Positions 41,401-56,400 of a DNA stretch of 64,000 nucleotides are shown one piece after another. Made by a program: the position numbers and the translations under genes. The stretch spans positions 2,356,001 through 2,420,000 of the forward strand of contig CM082590.2 in the NCBI GenBank assembly GCA_040954595.2. Direction: 5' to 3'. The DNA is from Balanoglossus misakiensis. Its lineage: Eukaryota; Animalia; Hemichordata. How positions within the stretch are numbered: the stretch's first letter is position 1; every line of letters begins with the position of its first letter. The notes below the pieces were generated by a model. The model was not told where the DNA came from, searched no databases, and was given only the letters and a program-made list of their open reading frames with translations.

Positions 41401-44400
41401 GCATAAGAAAGTTTTCCACTATAGACTCTGTAGATCGAGAGATAGTTCTAAAATGTCCATGGTTGCTTCCAAACAGCCTCGTTTATTTACCGAATTCTGT
41501 TGTGAGGCGCAGAGCACGCAATAGGCCTATGCGCATAAGAAAGTTTTCCACCAGACTCCGTAGATCGACGGATAGTTGTAAAATTTCCATGGTTGTTTCC
41601 AAACACAGCCTCGTTCATTTACAAAATTCTGTTGTGATGCGCTGAACACATACATATGCCTATGCGCATAAGAAAGTTTCCCACTAGACTCTGTAGATCG
41701 ACGGATAGTTCTAAAATTTCCATGATTGCTTCCAAACACATCCTCGATTGTTTACAAAATTCTGTTGTGATGCGCAGAACACATAGATAGGCCTGTGCGC
41801 ATATGAACGTTTTCCACTATACACTGTAGATCCAGAGATAGTTCTAAAACTTCCATGTTTGCTTCCAAACAGCCTCGTTTATTTGCGGAATTCTGTTTTG
41901 AGGCGCAGAACACATAGATAGGCATATGTGAATAAGAAAGTTTTCCACTATAGACTCTGTAGATCGAGAGATAGTTGTAAAATTTCCATGGTTGCTTCCA
42001 AACAGCCTCGTTTATTTACCGATTTCTGTTGTGAGGCGCAGAACACATAGATAGGCCTATGCGCATAAAAAACTTTTCAACTTTAGATCAACGGATAGTT
42101 CAAAAATTTCCATGCTTGTTTCCAAACAGCCTCGTTTATTTACCGAATTCTGTTGTGATGCGTAGAACACATACATATGCCTATGCGCATAAGAAAGTTT
42201 TCCACTATAGACTCTGTAGATCGAGAGATAGTTCTAAAATGTCCATGGTTGCTTCCAAACACAGCCTCGTTTGTTTACAAAATTCTGTTGTGATGCGCAG
42301 AACACATATATAGGCCTATGCGCATAAGAACGTTTCCACTAGACTCTGTAGATCGACGGATAGCTGTAAAATTTCCATGGTTGCTTCCAAACAGCCTCGT
42401 TTATTTACCGAATTCTGTTGTGAGGCGCAGAACACATAGATAGGCATATGTGCATAAGAAAGTTTTCCACTATAGACTCTGTAGATCGAGAGATAGTTCT
42501 AAAATGTCCATGGTTGCTTCCAAACACAGCCTCGTTTATTTACCGATTTCTGTTGTGATGCGCATAACACATAGATAGGCCTATGCGCATAAGAACGTTT
42601 TCCACTAGACCCTGTAGATCGACGGATAGTTGTACAATTTCCATGGTTGCTTCCAAACAGCATCGTTTATTTACCGAATTCTGTTGTGAGGCGCAGAACA
42701 CGTAATAGGTCTATGCGCATAAGGAAGTTTTCCACCAGACTCTGTAGATCGACGGATAGTTGTAAAATTTCATGGTTGCTTCCAAATACAGCCTCGTTTA
42801 TTTACCGATTTCTGTTGTGATGCGCATAACACATAGATAGGCCTATGCGCATAAGAACGTTTTCCACTAGACTCTGTAGATCGACGGATAGTTGTACAAT
42901 TTCCATGGTTGCTTCCAAACAGCCTCGTTTATTTACCGATTTCTGTTGTGAGGCGCAGAGCACGTGATAGGCCTATGCGCATAAGACATTTTTCCACTAG
43001 ACTCTGTAGATCGACGGATAGTTCTAAAATTTCCATGGTTGCTTCCAAACAGCCTCGTTTATTTACCGAATTCTGTTGTGAGGCGCAGAGCACGTAATAG
43101 GCCTATGCGCATAAGAAAGTTTTCCACCAGACTCCGTAGATCGACGGATAGTTGTAAAATTTCCATGGTTGTTTCCAAACACAGCCTCGTTCATTTACAA
43201 AATTCTGTTGTGATGCGCTGAACACATACATATGCCTATGCGCATAAGAAAGTTTCCACTAGACTCTGTAGATCGACGGATAGTTCTAAAATTTCCATGA
43301 TTGCTTCCAAACACATCCTCGATTGTTTACAAAATTCTGTTGTGAGGCGCAGAACACATAGATAGGCCTATGCGCATAAAAAACTTTTCAACTTTAGATC
43401 AACGGATAGTTCAAAAATTTCCATGGTTGTTTCCAAACAGCCTCGTTTATTTACCGAATTCTGTTGTGATGCGTAGAACACATACATATGCCTATGCGCA
43501 TAAGAAAGTTTTCCACTAGACTCCGTAGATCGACGAATAGTTCTAAAATTTCCATGGTTGCTTCCAAACAGCCTCGTTTATTTACCGAATTCTGTTGTGA
43601 GGCACAGAACACATTGATAGGCCTATGTGCATAAGAAAGTTTTCCACTATAGACTCTGTAGATCGAGAGATAGTTCTAAAATGTCCATGGTTGCTTCCAA
43701 ACACAGCCTCGTTTGTTTACAAAATTCTGTTGTGATGCGCAGAACACATATATAGGCCTATGCGAATAAGAACGTTTCCACTAGACTCTGTAGATCGACG
43801 GATAGCTGTAAAATTTCCATGATTGCTTTTAAACAGCCTCGTTTATTTACCGATTTCTGTTGTGAGGCGCAGAACACATAGATAGGCATATGTGCATAAG
43901 AAAGTTTTCCACTATAGACTCTGTAGATCGAGAGATAGTTCTAAAATGTCCATGGTTGCTTCCAAACACAGCCTCGTTTGTTTACAAAATTCTGTTGTGA
44001 TGCGCAGAACACATATATAGGCCTATGCGCATAAGAACGTTTCCACTAGACTCTGTAGATCGACGGATAGCTGTAAAATTTCCATGGTTGCTTTTAAACA
44101 GCCTCGTTTATTTACCGATTTCTGTTGTGAGGCGCAGAACACATAGATAGGCATATGTGCATAAGAAAGTTTTCCACTATAGACTCTGTACATCGTGAGA
44201 TAGTTCTAAAATTTCCATGGTTGCTTCCAAACACAGCCTCGTTTGTTTACAAAATTCTGTTGTGATGCGCAGAACACATATATAGGCCTATGCGCATAAG
44301 AACGTTTTCCACTAGACTCTGTAGATCGACGGATAGTTCTAAAATTTCCATGGTTGCTTCCAAACAGCCTCGTTTATTTACCGAATTCTGTTGTGAGGCA

Positions 44401-47400
44401 CAGAACACATTGATAGGCCTATGTGCATAAGAAAGTTTTCCACTATAGACTCTGTAGATCGAGAGATAGTTCTAAAATGTCCATGGTTGCTTCCAAACAC
44501 AGCCTCGTTTGTTTACAAAATTCTGTTGTGATGCGCAGAACACATATATAGGCCTATGCGAATAAGAACGTTTCCACTAGACTCTGTAGATCGACGGATA
44601 GCTGTAAAATTTCCATGATTGCTTTTAAACAGCCTCGTTTATTTACCGATTTCTGTTGTGAGGCGCAGAACACATAGATAGGCATATGTGCATAAGAAAG
44701 TTTTCCACTATAGACTCTGTAGATCGAGAGATAGTTCTAAAATGTCCATGGTTGCTTCCAAACACAGCCTCGTTTGTTTACAAAATTCTGTTGTGATGCG
44801 CAGAACACATATATAGGCCTATGCGCATAAGAACGTTTCCACTAGACTCTGTAGATCGACGGATAGCTGTAAAATTTCCATGGTTGCTTTTAAACAGCCT
44901 CGTTTATTTACCGATTTCTGTTGTGAGGCGCAGAACACATAGATAGGCATATGTGCATAAGAAAGTTTTCCACTATAGACTCTGTAGATCGAGAGATAGT
45001 TCTAAAATGTCCATGGTTGCTTCCAAACACAGCCTCGTTTGTTTACAAAATTCTGTTATGATGCGCAGAACACATATATAGGCCTATGCGCATAAGAACG
45101 TTTCCACTAGACTCTGTAGATCGACGGATAGCTGTAAAATTTCCATGGTTGCTTTTAAACAGCCTCGTTTATTTACCGATTTCTGTTGTGAGGCGCAGAA
45201 CACATAGATAGGCATGTGTGCATAAGAAAGTTTTCCACTATAGACTCTGTAGATCGAGAGATAGTTCTAAAATGTCCATGGTTGCTTCCAAACACAGCCT
45301 CGTTTATTTACCGATTTCTGTTGTGATGCGCATAACACATAGATAGGCCTATGCGCATAAGAACGTTTTCCACTAGACTTTGTAGATCGACGGATAGTTG
45401 TAAAATTTCCATGGTTGTTTCCAAACACAGCCTCGTTCATTTACAAAATTCTGTTGTGATGCGCTGAACACATACATATGCCTATGCGCATAAGAAAGTT
45501 TCCCACTAGACTCTGTAGATCGACGGATAGCTGTAAAATTTCCATGGTTGCTTTTAAACAGCCTCGTTTATTTACCGAATTCTGTTGTGAGGCGCAGAGC
45601 ACGCAATAGGCCTATGCGCATAAGAAAGTTTTCCACCAGACTCCGTAGATCGACGGATAGTTGTAAAATTTCCATGGTTGTTTCCAAACACAGCCTCGTT
45701 CATTTACAAAATTCTGTTGTGATGCGCTGAACACATACATATGCCTATGCGCATAAGAAAGTTTCCCACTAGACTCTGTAGATCGACGGATAGTTCTAAA
45801 ATTTCCATGATTGCTTCCAAACACATCCTCGATTGTTTACAAAATTCTGTTGTGATGCGCAGAACACATAGATAGGCCTGTGCGCATATGAACGTTTTCC
45901 ACTATACACTGTAGATCCAGAGATAGTTCTAAAACTTCCATGTTTGCTTCCAAACAGCCTCGTTTATTTGCGGAATTCTGTTTTGAGGCGCAGAACACAT
46001 AGATAGGCATATGTGAATAAGAAAGTTTTCCACTATAGACTCTGTAGATCGAGAGATAGTTGTAAAATTTCCATGGTTGCTTCCAAACAGCCTCGTTTAT
46101 TTACCGATTTCTGTTGTGAGGCGCAGAACACATAGATAGGCCTATGCGCATAAAAAACTTTTCAACTTTAGATCAACGGATAGTTCAAAAATTTCCATGG
46201 TTGTTTCCAAACAGCCTCGTTTATTTACCGAATTCTGTTGTGATGCGTAGAACACATACATATGCCTATGCGCATAAGAAAGTTTTCCACTAGACTCCGT
46301 AGATCGACGAATAGTTCTAAAATGTCCATGGTTGCTTCCAAACAGCCTCGTTTATTGACGGAATTCTGTTTTGAGGCGCAGAACACATAGATAGGCATAT
46401 GTGCATAAGAAAGTTTTCCACTATAGACTCTGTACATCGAGAGATAGTTCTAAAATTTCCATGGTTGCTTCCAAACACAGCCTCGTTTGTTTACAAAATT
46501 CTGTTGTGATGCGCAGAACACATATATAGGCCTATGCGCATAAGAACGTTTTCCACTAGACTCTGTAGATCGACGGATAGTTCTAAAATGTCCATGGTTG
46601 CTTCCAAACAGCCTCGTTTATTTACCGAATTCTGTTGTGAGGCGCAGAACACATAGATAGGCATATGTGCATAAGAAAGTTTTCCACTATAGACTCTGTA
46701 GATCGAGAGATAGTTCTAAAATGTCCATGGTTGCTACCAAACACAGCCTCGTTTGTTTACAAAATTCTGTTGTGATGCGCAGAACACATATATAGGCCTA
46801 TGCGCATAAGAACGTTTCCACTAGACTCTGTAGATCGACGGATAGCTGTAAAATTTCCATGGTTGCTTCCAAACAGCCTCGTTTATTTACCGATTTCTGT
46901 TGTGAGGCGCAGAACACATGATAGGCCTATGCGCATGAGACATTTTTCCACTAGACTCTGTAGATCGACGGATAGCTGTAAAATGTCCATGGTTGCTTCC
47001 AAACACAGCCTCGTTTGTTTACAAAATTCTGTTGTGATGCGCAGAACACATATATAGGCCTATGCGCATAAGAACGTTTTCCACTAGACTTTGTAGATCG
47101 ACGGATAGTTGTACAATGTCCATGGTTGCTTCCAAACAGCCTCGTTTATTTACCGAATTCTGTTGTGAGGCGCAGAACACGTAATAGGTCTATGCGCATA
47201 AGGAAGTTTTCCACCAGACTCTGTAGATCGACGGATAGTTCTAAAATGTCCATGGTTGCTTCCAAACACAGCCTCGTTTGTTTACAAAATTCTGTTGTGA
47301 TGCGCAGAACACATATATAGGCCTATGCGCATAAGAACGTTTTCCACTAGACTTTGTAGATCGACGGATAGTTGTACAATGTCCATGGTTGCTTCCAAAC

Positions 47401-50400
47401 AGCCTCGTTTATTTACCGAATTCTGTTGTGAGGCGCAGAACACGTAATAGGTCTATGCGCATAAGGAAGTTTTCCACCAGACTCTGTAGATCGACGGATA
47501 GTTGTAAAATTTCATGGTTGCTTCCAAATACAGCCTCGTTTATTTACCGATTTCTGTTGTGATGCGCATAACACATAGATAGGCCTATGCGCATAAGAAC
47601 GTTTTCCACTAGACTCTGTAGATCGACGGATAGTTGTACAATTTCCATGGTTGCTTCCAAACAGCCTCGTTTATTTACCGATTTCTGTTGTGAGGCGCAG
47701 AACACATGATAGGCCTATGCGCATAAGACATTTTTCCACTAGACTCTGTAGATCGACGGATAGTTCTAAAATTTCCATGGTTGCTTCCAAACAGCCTCGT
47801 TTATTTACCGAATTCTGTTGTGAGGCGCAGAGCACGTAATAGGCCTATGCGCATAAGAAAGTTTTCCACCAGACTCTGTAGATCGACGGATAGTTGTAAA
47901 ATTTCCATGGTTGCTTCCAAACAGCCTCGTTTATTTACCGATTTCTGTTGTGATGCGCAGAACACATAGATAGGCATATGTGCATAATAAAGTTTTCCAC
48001 TAGACTCTGTAGATCGAGAGATAGTTCTAAAATTTCCATGGTTGCTTCCAAACACAGCCTCGTTTGTTTACAAAATTCTGTTGTGATGCGCAGAACACAT
48101 ATATAGGCCTATGCGCATAATAACGTTTTCCACTAGACTCTGTAGATCGACGGATAGTTGTAAAATTTCCATGGTTGCTTCCAAACAGCCTCGTTTATTT
48201 ACCGAATTCTGTTGTGAGGCGCAGAACACATAGATAGGCATATGTGCTTAAGAAAGTTTTCCACTATAGACTCTGTAGATCGAGAGATAGTTCTAAAATG
48301 TCCATGGTTGCTTCCAAACACAGCCTCGTTTGTTTACAAAATTCTGTTGTGATGCGCAGAACACATATATAGGCCTATGCGCATAAGAACGTTTCCACTA
48401 GACTCTGTAGATCGACGGATAGCTGTAAAATTTCCATGGTTGCTTCCAAACAGCCTCGTTTATTTACCGAATTCTGTTGTGAGGCGCAGAACACATAGAT
48501 AGGCATATGTGCATAAGAAAGTTTTCCACTATAGACTCTGTAGATCGAGAGATAGTTCTAAAATGTCCATGGTTGCTTCCAAACACAGCCTCGTTTATTT
48601 ACCGATTTCTGTTGTGATGCGCATAACACATAGATAGGCCTATGCGCATAAGAACGTTTTCCACTAGACTCTGTAGATCGACGGATAGTTGTACAATTTC
48701 CATGGTTGCTTCCAAACAGCATCGTTTATTTACCGAATTCTGTTGTGAGGCGCAGAACACGTAATAGGTCTATGCGCATAAGGAAGTTTTCCACCAGACT
48801 CTGTAGATCGACGGATAGTTGTAAAATTTCATGGTTGCTTCCAAATACAGCCTCGTTTATTTACCGATTTCTGTTGTGATGCGCATAACACATAGATAGG
48901 CCTATGCGCATAAGAACGTTTTCCACTAGACTCTGTAGATCGACGGATAGTTGTACAATTTCCATGGTTGCTTCCAAACAGCCTCGTTTATTTACCGATT
49001 TCTGTTGTGAGGCGCAGAGCACGTGATAGGCCTATGCGCATAAGACATTTTTCCACTAGACTCTGTAGATCGACGGATAGTTCTAAAATTTCCATGGTTG
49101 CTTCCAAACAGCCTCGTTTATTTACCGAATTCTGTTGTGAGGCGCAGAGCACGTAATAGGCCTATGCGCATAAGAAAGTTTTCCACCAGACTCCGTAGAT
49201 CGACGGATAGTTGTAAAATTTCCATGGTTGTTTCCAAACACAGCCTCGTTCATTTACAAAATTCTGTTGTGATGCGCTGAACACATACATATGCCTATGC
49301 GCATAAGAAAGTTTCCACTAGACTCTGTAGATCGACGGATAGTTCTAAAATTTCCATGATTGCTTCCAAACAAATCCTCGATTGTTTACAAAATTCTGTT
49401 GTGATGCGCAGAACACATAGATAGGCCTATGCGCATATGAACGTTTTCCACTATACACTGTAGATCGAGAGATAGTTCTAAAACTTCCATGTTTGCTTCC
49501 AAACAGCCTCGTTTATTTGCGGAATTCTGTTTTGAGGCGCAGAACACATAGATAGGCATATGTGAATAAGAAAGTTTTCCACTATAGACTCTGTAGATCG
49601 AGGGATAGTTGTAAAATTTCCATGGTTGCTTCCAAACAGCCTCGTTTATTTACCGATTTCTGTTGTGAGGCGCAGAACACATAGATAGGCCTATGCGCAT
49701 AAAAAACTTTTCAACTTTAGATCAACGGATAGTTCAAAAATTTCCATGGTTGTTTCCAAACAGCCTCGTTTATTTACCGAATTTTGTTGTGATGCGTAGA
49801 ACACATACATATGCCTATGCGCATAAGAAAGTTTTCCACTAGACTCCGTAGATCGACGAATAGTTCTAAAATGTCCATGGTTGCTTCCAAACAAAGCCTG
49901 GTTTGTTTACAAAATTCTGTTGTGATGCGCAGAACACATAGATAGGCCTATGCGCATATGAACGTTTTCCACTATACTCTGTAGATCGAGAGTTAGTTCT
50001 AAAATTTCCATGTTTGCTTCCAAACAGCCTCGTTTATTTACGGAATTCTGTTGTGAGGCGCAGAGCACGTAATAGGCCTATGCGCATAAGAAAGTTTTCC
50101 ACCAGACTCTGTAGATCGACGGATAGTTGTAAAATTTCCATGGTTGCTTCCAAACAGCCTCGTTTATTTACCGATTTCTGTTGTGATGCGCAGAACACAT
50201 AGATAGGCCTATGCGCATATGAACGTTTTCCACTATACACTGTAGATCGAGAGATAGTTCTAAAACTTCCATGTTTGCTTCCAAACAGCCTCGTTTATTT
50301 GCGGAATTCTGTTTTGAGGCGCAGAACACATAGATAGGCATATGTGAATAAGAAAGTTTTCCACTATAGACTCTGTAGATCGAGGGATAGTTGTAAAATT

Positions 50401-53400
50401 TCCATGGTTGCTTCCAAACAGCCTCGTTTATTTACCGATTTCTGTTGTGAGGCGCAGAACACATAGATAGGCCTATGCGCATAAAAAACTTTTCAACTTT
50501 AGATCAACGGATAGTTCAAAAATTTCCATGGTTGTTTCCAAACAGCCTCGTTTATTTACCGAATTTTGTTGTGATGCGTAGAACACATACATATGCCTAT
50601 GCGCATAAGAAAGTTTTCCACTAGACTCCGTAGATCGACGAATAGTTCTAAAATGTCCATGGTTGCTTCCAAACAAAGCCTGGTTTGTTTACAAAATTCT
50701 GTTGTGATGCGCAGAACACATAGATAGGCCTATGCGCATATGAACGTTTTCCACTATACTCTGTAGATCGAGAGTTAGTTCTAAAATTTCCATGTTTGCT
50801 TCCAAACAGCCTCGTTTATTTACGGAATTCTGTTGTGAGGCGCAGAGCACGTAATAGGCCTATGCGCATAAGAAAGTTTTCCACCAGACTCTGTAGATCG
50901 ACGGATAGTTGTAAAATTTCCATGGTTGCTTCCAAACAGCCTCGTTTATTTACCGATTTCTGTTGTGATGCGCAGAACACATAGATAGGCATATGTGCAT
51001 AATAAAGTTTTCCACTAGACTCTGTAGATCGAGAGATAGTTCTAAAATGTCCATGGTTGCTTCCAAACACAGCCTCGTTTGTTTACAAAATTCTGTTGTG
51101 ATGCGCAGAACACATATATAGGCCTATGCGCATAAGAACGTTTCCACTAGACTCTGTAGATCGACGGATAGCTGTAAAATTTCCATGGTTGCTTTTAAAC
51201 AGCCTCGTTTATTTACCGATTTCTGTTGTGAGGCGCAGAACACATAGATAGGCATATGTGCATAAGAAAGTTTTCCACTATAGACTCTGTAGATAGTTCT
51301 AAAATGTCCATGGTTGCTTCCAAACACACCCTCGTTTATTTACCGATTTCTGTTGAGATGCGCATAACACATAGATAGGCCTATGCGCATAAGAACGTTT
51401 TCCACTAGACTCTGTAGATCGACGGATAGTTGTACAATTTCCATGGTTGCTTCCAAACAGCATCGTTTATTTACGGAATTCTGTTGTGAGGCGCAGAACA
51501 CGTAATAGGTCTATGCGCATAAGGAAGTTTTCCACCAGACTCTGTAGATCGACGGATAGTTGTTAAATTTCATGGTTGCTTCAAAATACAGCCTCGTTTA
51601 TTTACCGATTTCTGTTGTGATGCGCATAACACATAGATAGGCCTATGCGCATAAGAACGTTTTCCACTAGACTCTGTAGATCGACGGATAGTTGTACAAT
51701 TTCCATGGTTGCTTCCAAACAGCCTCGTTTATTTACCGATTTCTGTTGTGAGGCGCAGAACACATGATAGGCCTATGCGCATAAGACATTTTTCCACTAG
51801 ACTCTGTAGATCGACGGATAGTTCTAAAATGTCCATGGTTGCTTCCAAACAGCCTCGTTTATTTACCGAATTCTGTTGTGAGGCGCAGAGCACGTAATAG
51901 GCCTATGCGCATAAGAAAGTTTTCCACCAGACTCCGTAGATCGACGGATAGTTGTAAAATTTCCATGGTTGTTTCCAAACACAGCCTCGTTCATTTACAA
52001 AATTCTGTTGTGATGCGCTGAACACATACATATGCCTATGCGCATAAGAAAGTTTCCCACTAGACTCTGTAGATCGACGGATAGTTCTAAAATTTCCATG
52101 ATTGCTTCCAAACACATCCTCGATTGTTTACAAAATTCTGTTGTGATGCGCAGAACACATATATAGGCCTATGCGCATATGAACGTTTTCCACTATACTC
52201 CGTAGATCGACGGATAGTTCTAAAATTTCCATTGTTGCTTCCAAACAGCCTCGTTTATTTACCGAATTCTGTTGTGAGGCGCAGAACACGTAATAGGCCT
52301 ATGCGCATAAGAAACTTTTCAACTTTAGATCGAGAGATAGTTCTAAAATTTCCATGATTGCTTCCAAACACATCCTCGATTGTTTACAAAATTCTGTTGT
52401 GATGCGCAGAACACATAGATAGGCCTATGCGCATATGAACGTTTTCCACTATACACTGTAGATCGAGAGATAGTTCTAAAACTTCCATGTTTGCTTCCAA
52501 ACAGCCTCGTTTATTTGCGGAATTCTGTTTTGAGGCGCAGAACACATAGATAGGCATATGTGAATAAGAAAGTTTTCCACTATAGACTCTGTAGATCGAG
52601 AGATAGTTGTAAAATTTCCATGGTTGCTTCCAAACAGCCTCGTTTATTTACCGATTTCTGTTGTGAGGCGCAGAACACATAGATAGGCCTATGCGCATAA
52701 AAAACTTTTCAACTTTAGATCAACGGATAGTTCAAAAATTTCCATGGTTGTTTCCAAACAGCCTCGTTTATTTACCGAATTCTGTTGTGATGCGTAGAAC
52801 ACATACATATGCCTATGCGCATAAGAAAGTTTTCCACTAGACTCCGTAGATCGACGAATAGTTCTAAAATGTCCATGGTTGCTTCCAAACAAAGCCTGGT
52901 TTGTTTACAAAATTCTGTTGTGATGCGCAGAACACATAGATAGGTCTATGCGCATATGAACGTTTTCCACTATACTCTGTAGATCGAGAGTTAGTTCTAA
53001 AATTTCCATGTTTGCTTCCAAACAGCCTCGTTTATTTACGGAATTCTGTTTTGAGGCGCAGAACACATAGATAGGCATATGTGCATAAGAAAGTTTTCCA
53101 CTATAGACTCTGTACATCGAGAGATAGTTCTAAAATTTCCATGGTTGCTTTCAAACACAGCCTCGTTTGTTTACAAAATTCTGTTGTGATGCGCAGAACA
53201 CATATATAGGCCTATGCGCATAAGAACGTTTCCACTAGACTCTGTAGATCGACGGATAGCTGTAAAATTTCCATGGTTGCTTTTAAACAGCCTCGTTTAT
53301 TTACCGATTTCTGTTGTGAGGCGCAGAACACATAGATAGGCATATGTGCATAAGAAAGTTTTCCACTATAGACTCTGTAGATCGAGAGATAGTTCTAAAA

Positions 53401-56400
53401 TGTCCATGGTTGCTTCCAAACACAGCCTCGTTTATTTACCGATTTCTGTTGTGATGCGCATAACACATAGATAGGCCTATGCGCATAAGAACGTTTTCCA
53501 CTAGACTCTGTAGATCGACGGATAGTTCTAAAATTTCAATGGTTGCTTCCAAACAGCCTCGTTTATTTACCGAATTCTGTTGTGATGCGCAGAACACATG
53601 ATAGGACTATGCGCATAAGAAATTTTTCCACCAGACTCTGTAGATCGACGGATAGTTGTAAAATTTCCATGGTTGCTTCCAAACAGCATCGTTTATTTAC
53701 CGAATTCTGTTGTGAGGCGCAGAACACGTAATAGGTCTATGCGCATAAGGACGTTTTCCACTAGACTCTGTAGATCGACGGATAGTTGTACAATTTCCAT
53801 GGTTGCTTCCAAACAGCCTCTTTTATTTACCGATTTCTGTTGTGAGGCGCAGAACACATGATAGGCCTATGCGCATAAGACATTTTTCCACTAGACTCTG
53901 TAGATCGACGGATAGTTCTAAAATTTCCATGGTTGCTTCCAAACAGCCTCGTTTATTTACCGAATTCTGTTGTGAGGCGCAGAGCACGTAATAGGCCTAT
54001 GCGCATAAGAAAGTTTTCCACCAGACTCTGTAGATCGACGGATAGTTGTAAAATTTCCATGGTTGCTTCCAAACAGCCTCGTTTATTTACCGATTTCTGT
54101 TGTGATGCGCAGAACACATAGATAGGCATATGTGCATAATAAAGTTTTCCACTAGACTCTGTAGATCGAGAGATAGTTCTAAAATTTCCATGGTTGCTTC
54201 CAAACACAGCCTCGTTTGTTTACACAATTCTGTTGTGATGCGCAGAACACATATATAGGCCTATGCGCATAATAACGTTTTCCACTAGACTCTGTAGATC
54301 GACGGATAGTTGTAAAATTTCCATGGTTGCTTTCAAACAGCATCGTTTATTTACCGAATTCTGTTGTGAGGCGCAGAACACGTAATAGGTCTATGCGCAT
54401 AAGGAAGTTTTCCACTAGACTCTATAGATCGACGGATAGTTGTACAATTTCCATGGTTGCTTCCAAACAGCCTCTTTTATTTACCGATTTCTGTTGTGAG
54501 GCGCAGAACACATGATAGGCCTATGCGCATAAGACATTTTTCCACTAGACTCTGTAGATCGACGGATAGTTCTAAAATTTCCATGGTTGCTTCCAAACAG
54601 CCTCGTTTATTTACCGAATTCTGTTGTGAGGCGCAGAGCACGTAATAGGCCTATGCGCATAAGAAAGTTTTCCACCAGACTCCGTAGATCGACGGATAGT
54701 TGTAAAATTTCCATGGTTGTTTCCAAACACAGCCTCGTTCATTTACAAAATTCTGTTGTTATGCGCTGAACACATACATATGCCTATGCGCATAAGAAAG
54801 TTTCCACTAGACTCTGTAGATCGACGGATTGTTCTAAAATTTCCATGATTGCTTCCAAACACATCCTCGATTATTTACAAAATTCTGTTGTGATGCGCAG
54901 AACACATAGATAGGCCTATGCGCATATGAACGTTTTCCACTATACACTGTAGATCGAGAGATAGTTCTAAAACTTCCATGTTTGCTTCCAAACAGCCTCG
55001 TTTATATGCGGAATTCTGTTTTGAGGCGCAGAACACATAGATAGGCATATGTGAATAAGAAAGTTTTCCACTATAGACTCTGTAGATCGAGAGATAGTTG
55101 TAAAATTTCCATGGTTGCTTCCAAACAGCCTCGTTTATTTACCGATTTCTGTTGTGAGGCGCAGAACACATAGATAGGCCTATGCGCATAAAAAACTTTT
55201 CAACTTTAGATCAACGGATAGTTCAAAAATTTCCATGGTTGTTTCCAAACAGCCTCGTTTATTTACCGAATTCTGTTGTGATGCGTAGAACACATACATA
55301 TGCCTATGCGCATAAGAAAGTTTTCCACTAGACTCCGTAGATCGACGAATAGTTCTAAAATGTCCATGGTTGCTTCCAAACAAAGCCTGGTTTGTTTACA
55401 AAATTCTGTTGTGATGCGCAGAACACATAGATAGGCCTATGCGCATATGAACGTTTTCCACTATACTCTGTAGATCGAGAGTTAGTTCTAAAATTTCCAT
55501 GTTTGCTTCCAAACAGCCTCGTTTATTTACGGAATTCTGTTTTGAGGCGCAGAACACATAGATAGGCATATGTGCATAAGAAAGTTTTCCACTATAGACT
55601 CTGTACATCGAGAGATAGTTCTAAAATTTCCATGGTTGCTTCCAAACACAGCCTCGTTTGTTTACAAAATTCTGTTGTGATGCGCAGAACACATATATAG
55701 GCCTATGCGCATAAGAACGTTTTCCACTAGACTCTGTAGATCGACGGATAGTTCTAAAATTTCCATGGTTGCTTCCAAACAGCCTCGTTTATTTACCGAA
55801 TTCTGTTGTGAGGCACAAAACACATAGATAGGCCTATGTGCATAAGAAAGTTTTCCACTATAGACTCTGTAGATCGAGAGATAGTTCTAAAATGTCCATG
55901 GTTGCTTTCAAACACAGCCTCGTTTGTTTACAAAATTCTTTTGTGATGCGCAGAACACATATATAGGCCTATGCGCATAAGAACGTTTTCCACTAGACTC
56001 TGTAGATCGACGGATAGTTGTAAAATTTCCATGGTTGCTTCCAAACAGCCTCGTTTATTTACCGAATTCTGTTGTGAGGCACAGAACACATAGATAGGCC
56101 TATGTGCATAAGAAAGTTTTCCACTATAGACTCTGTAGATCGAGAGATAGTTCTAAAATGTCCATGGTTGCTTCCAAACACAGCCTCGTTTGTTTACAAA
56201 ATTCTGTGGTGATGCGCAGAACACATATATAGGCCTATGCGCATAATAACGTTTTCCACTAGACTCTGTAGATTCGACGGATAGTTGTAAAATTTCCATG
56301 GTTGCTTCCAAACAGCCTCGTTTATTTACCGAATTCTGTTGTGAGGCGCAGAACACATAGATAGGCATATGTGCATAAGAAAGTTTTCCACTATAGACTC

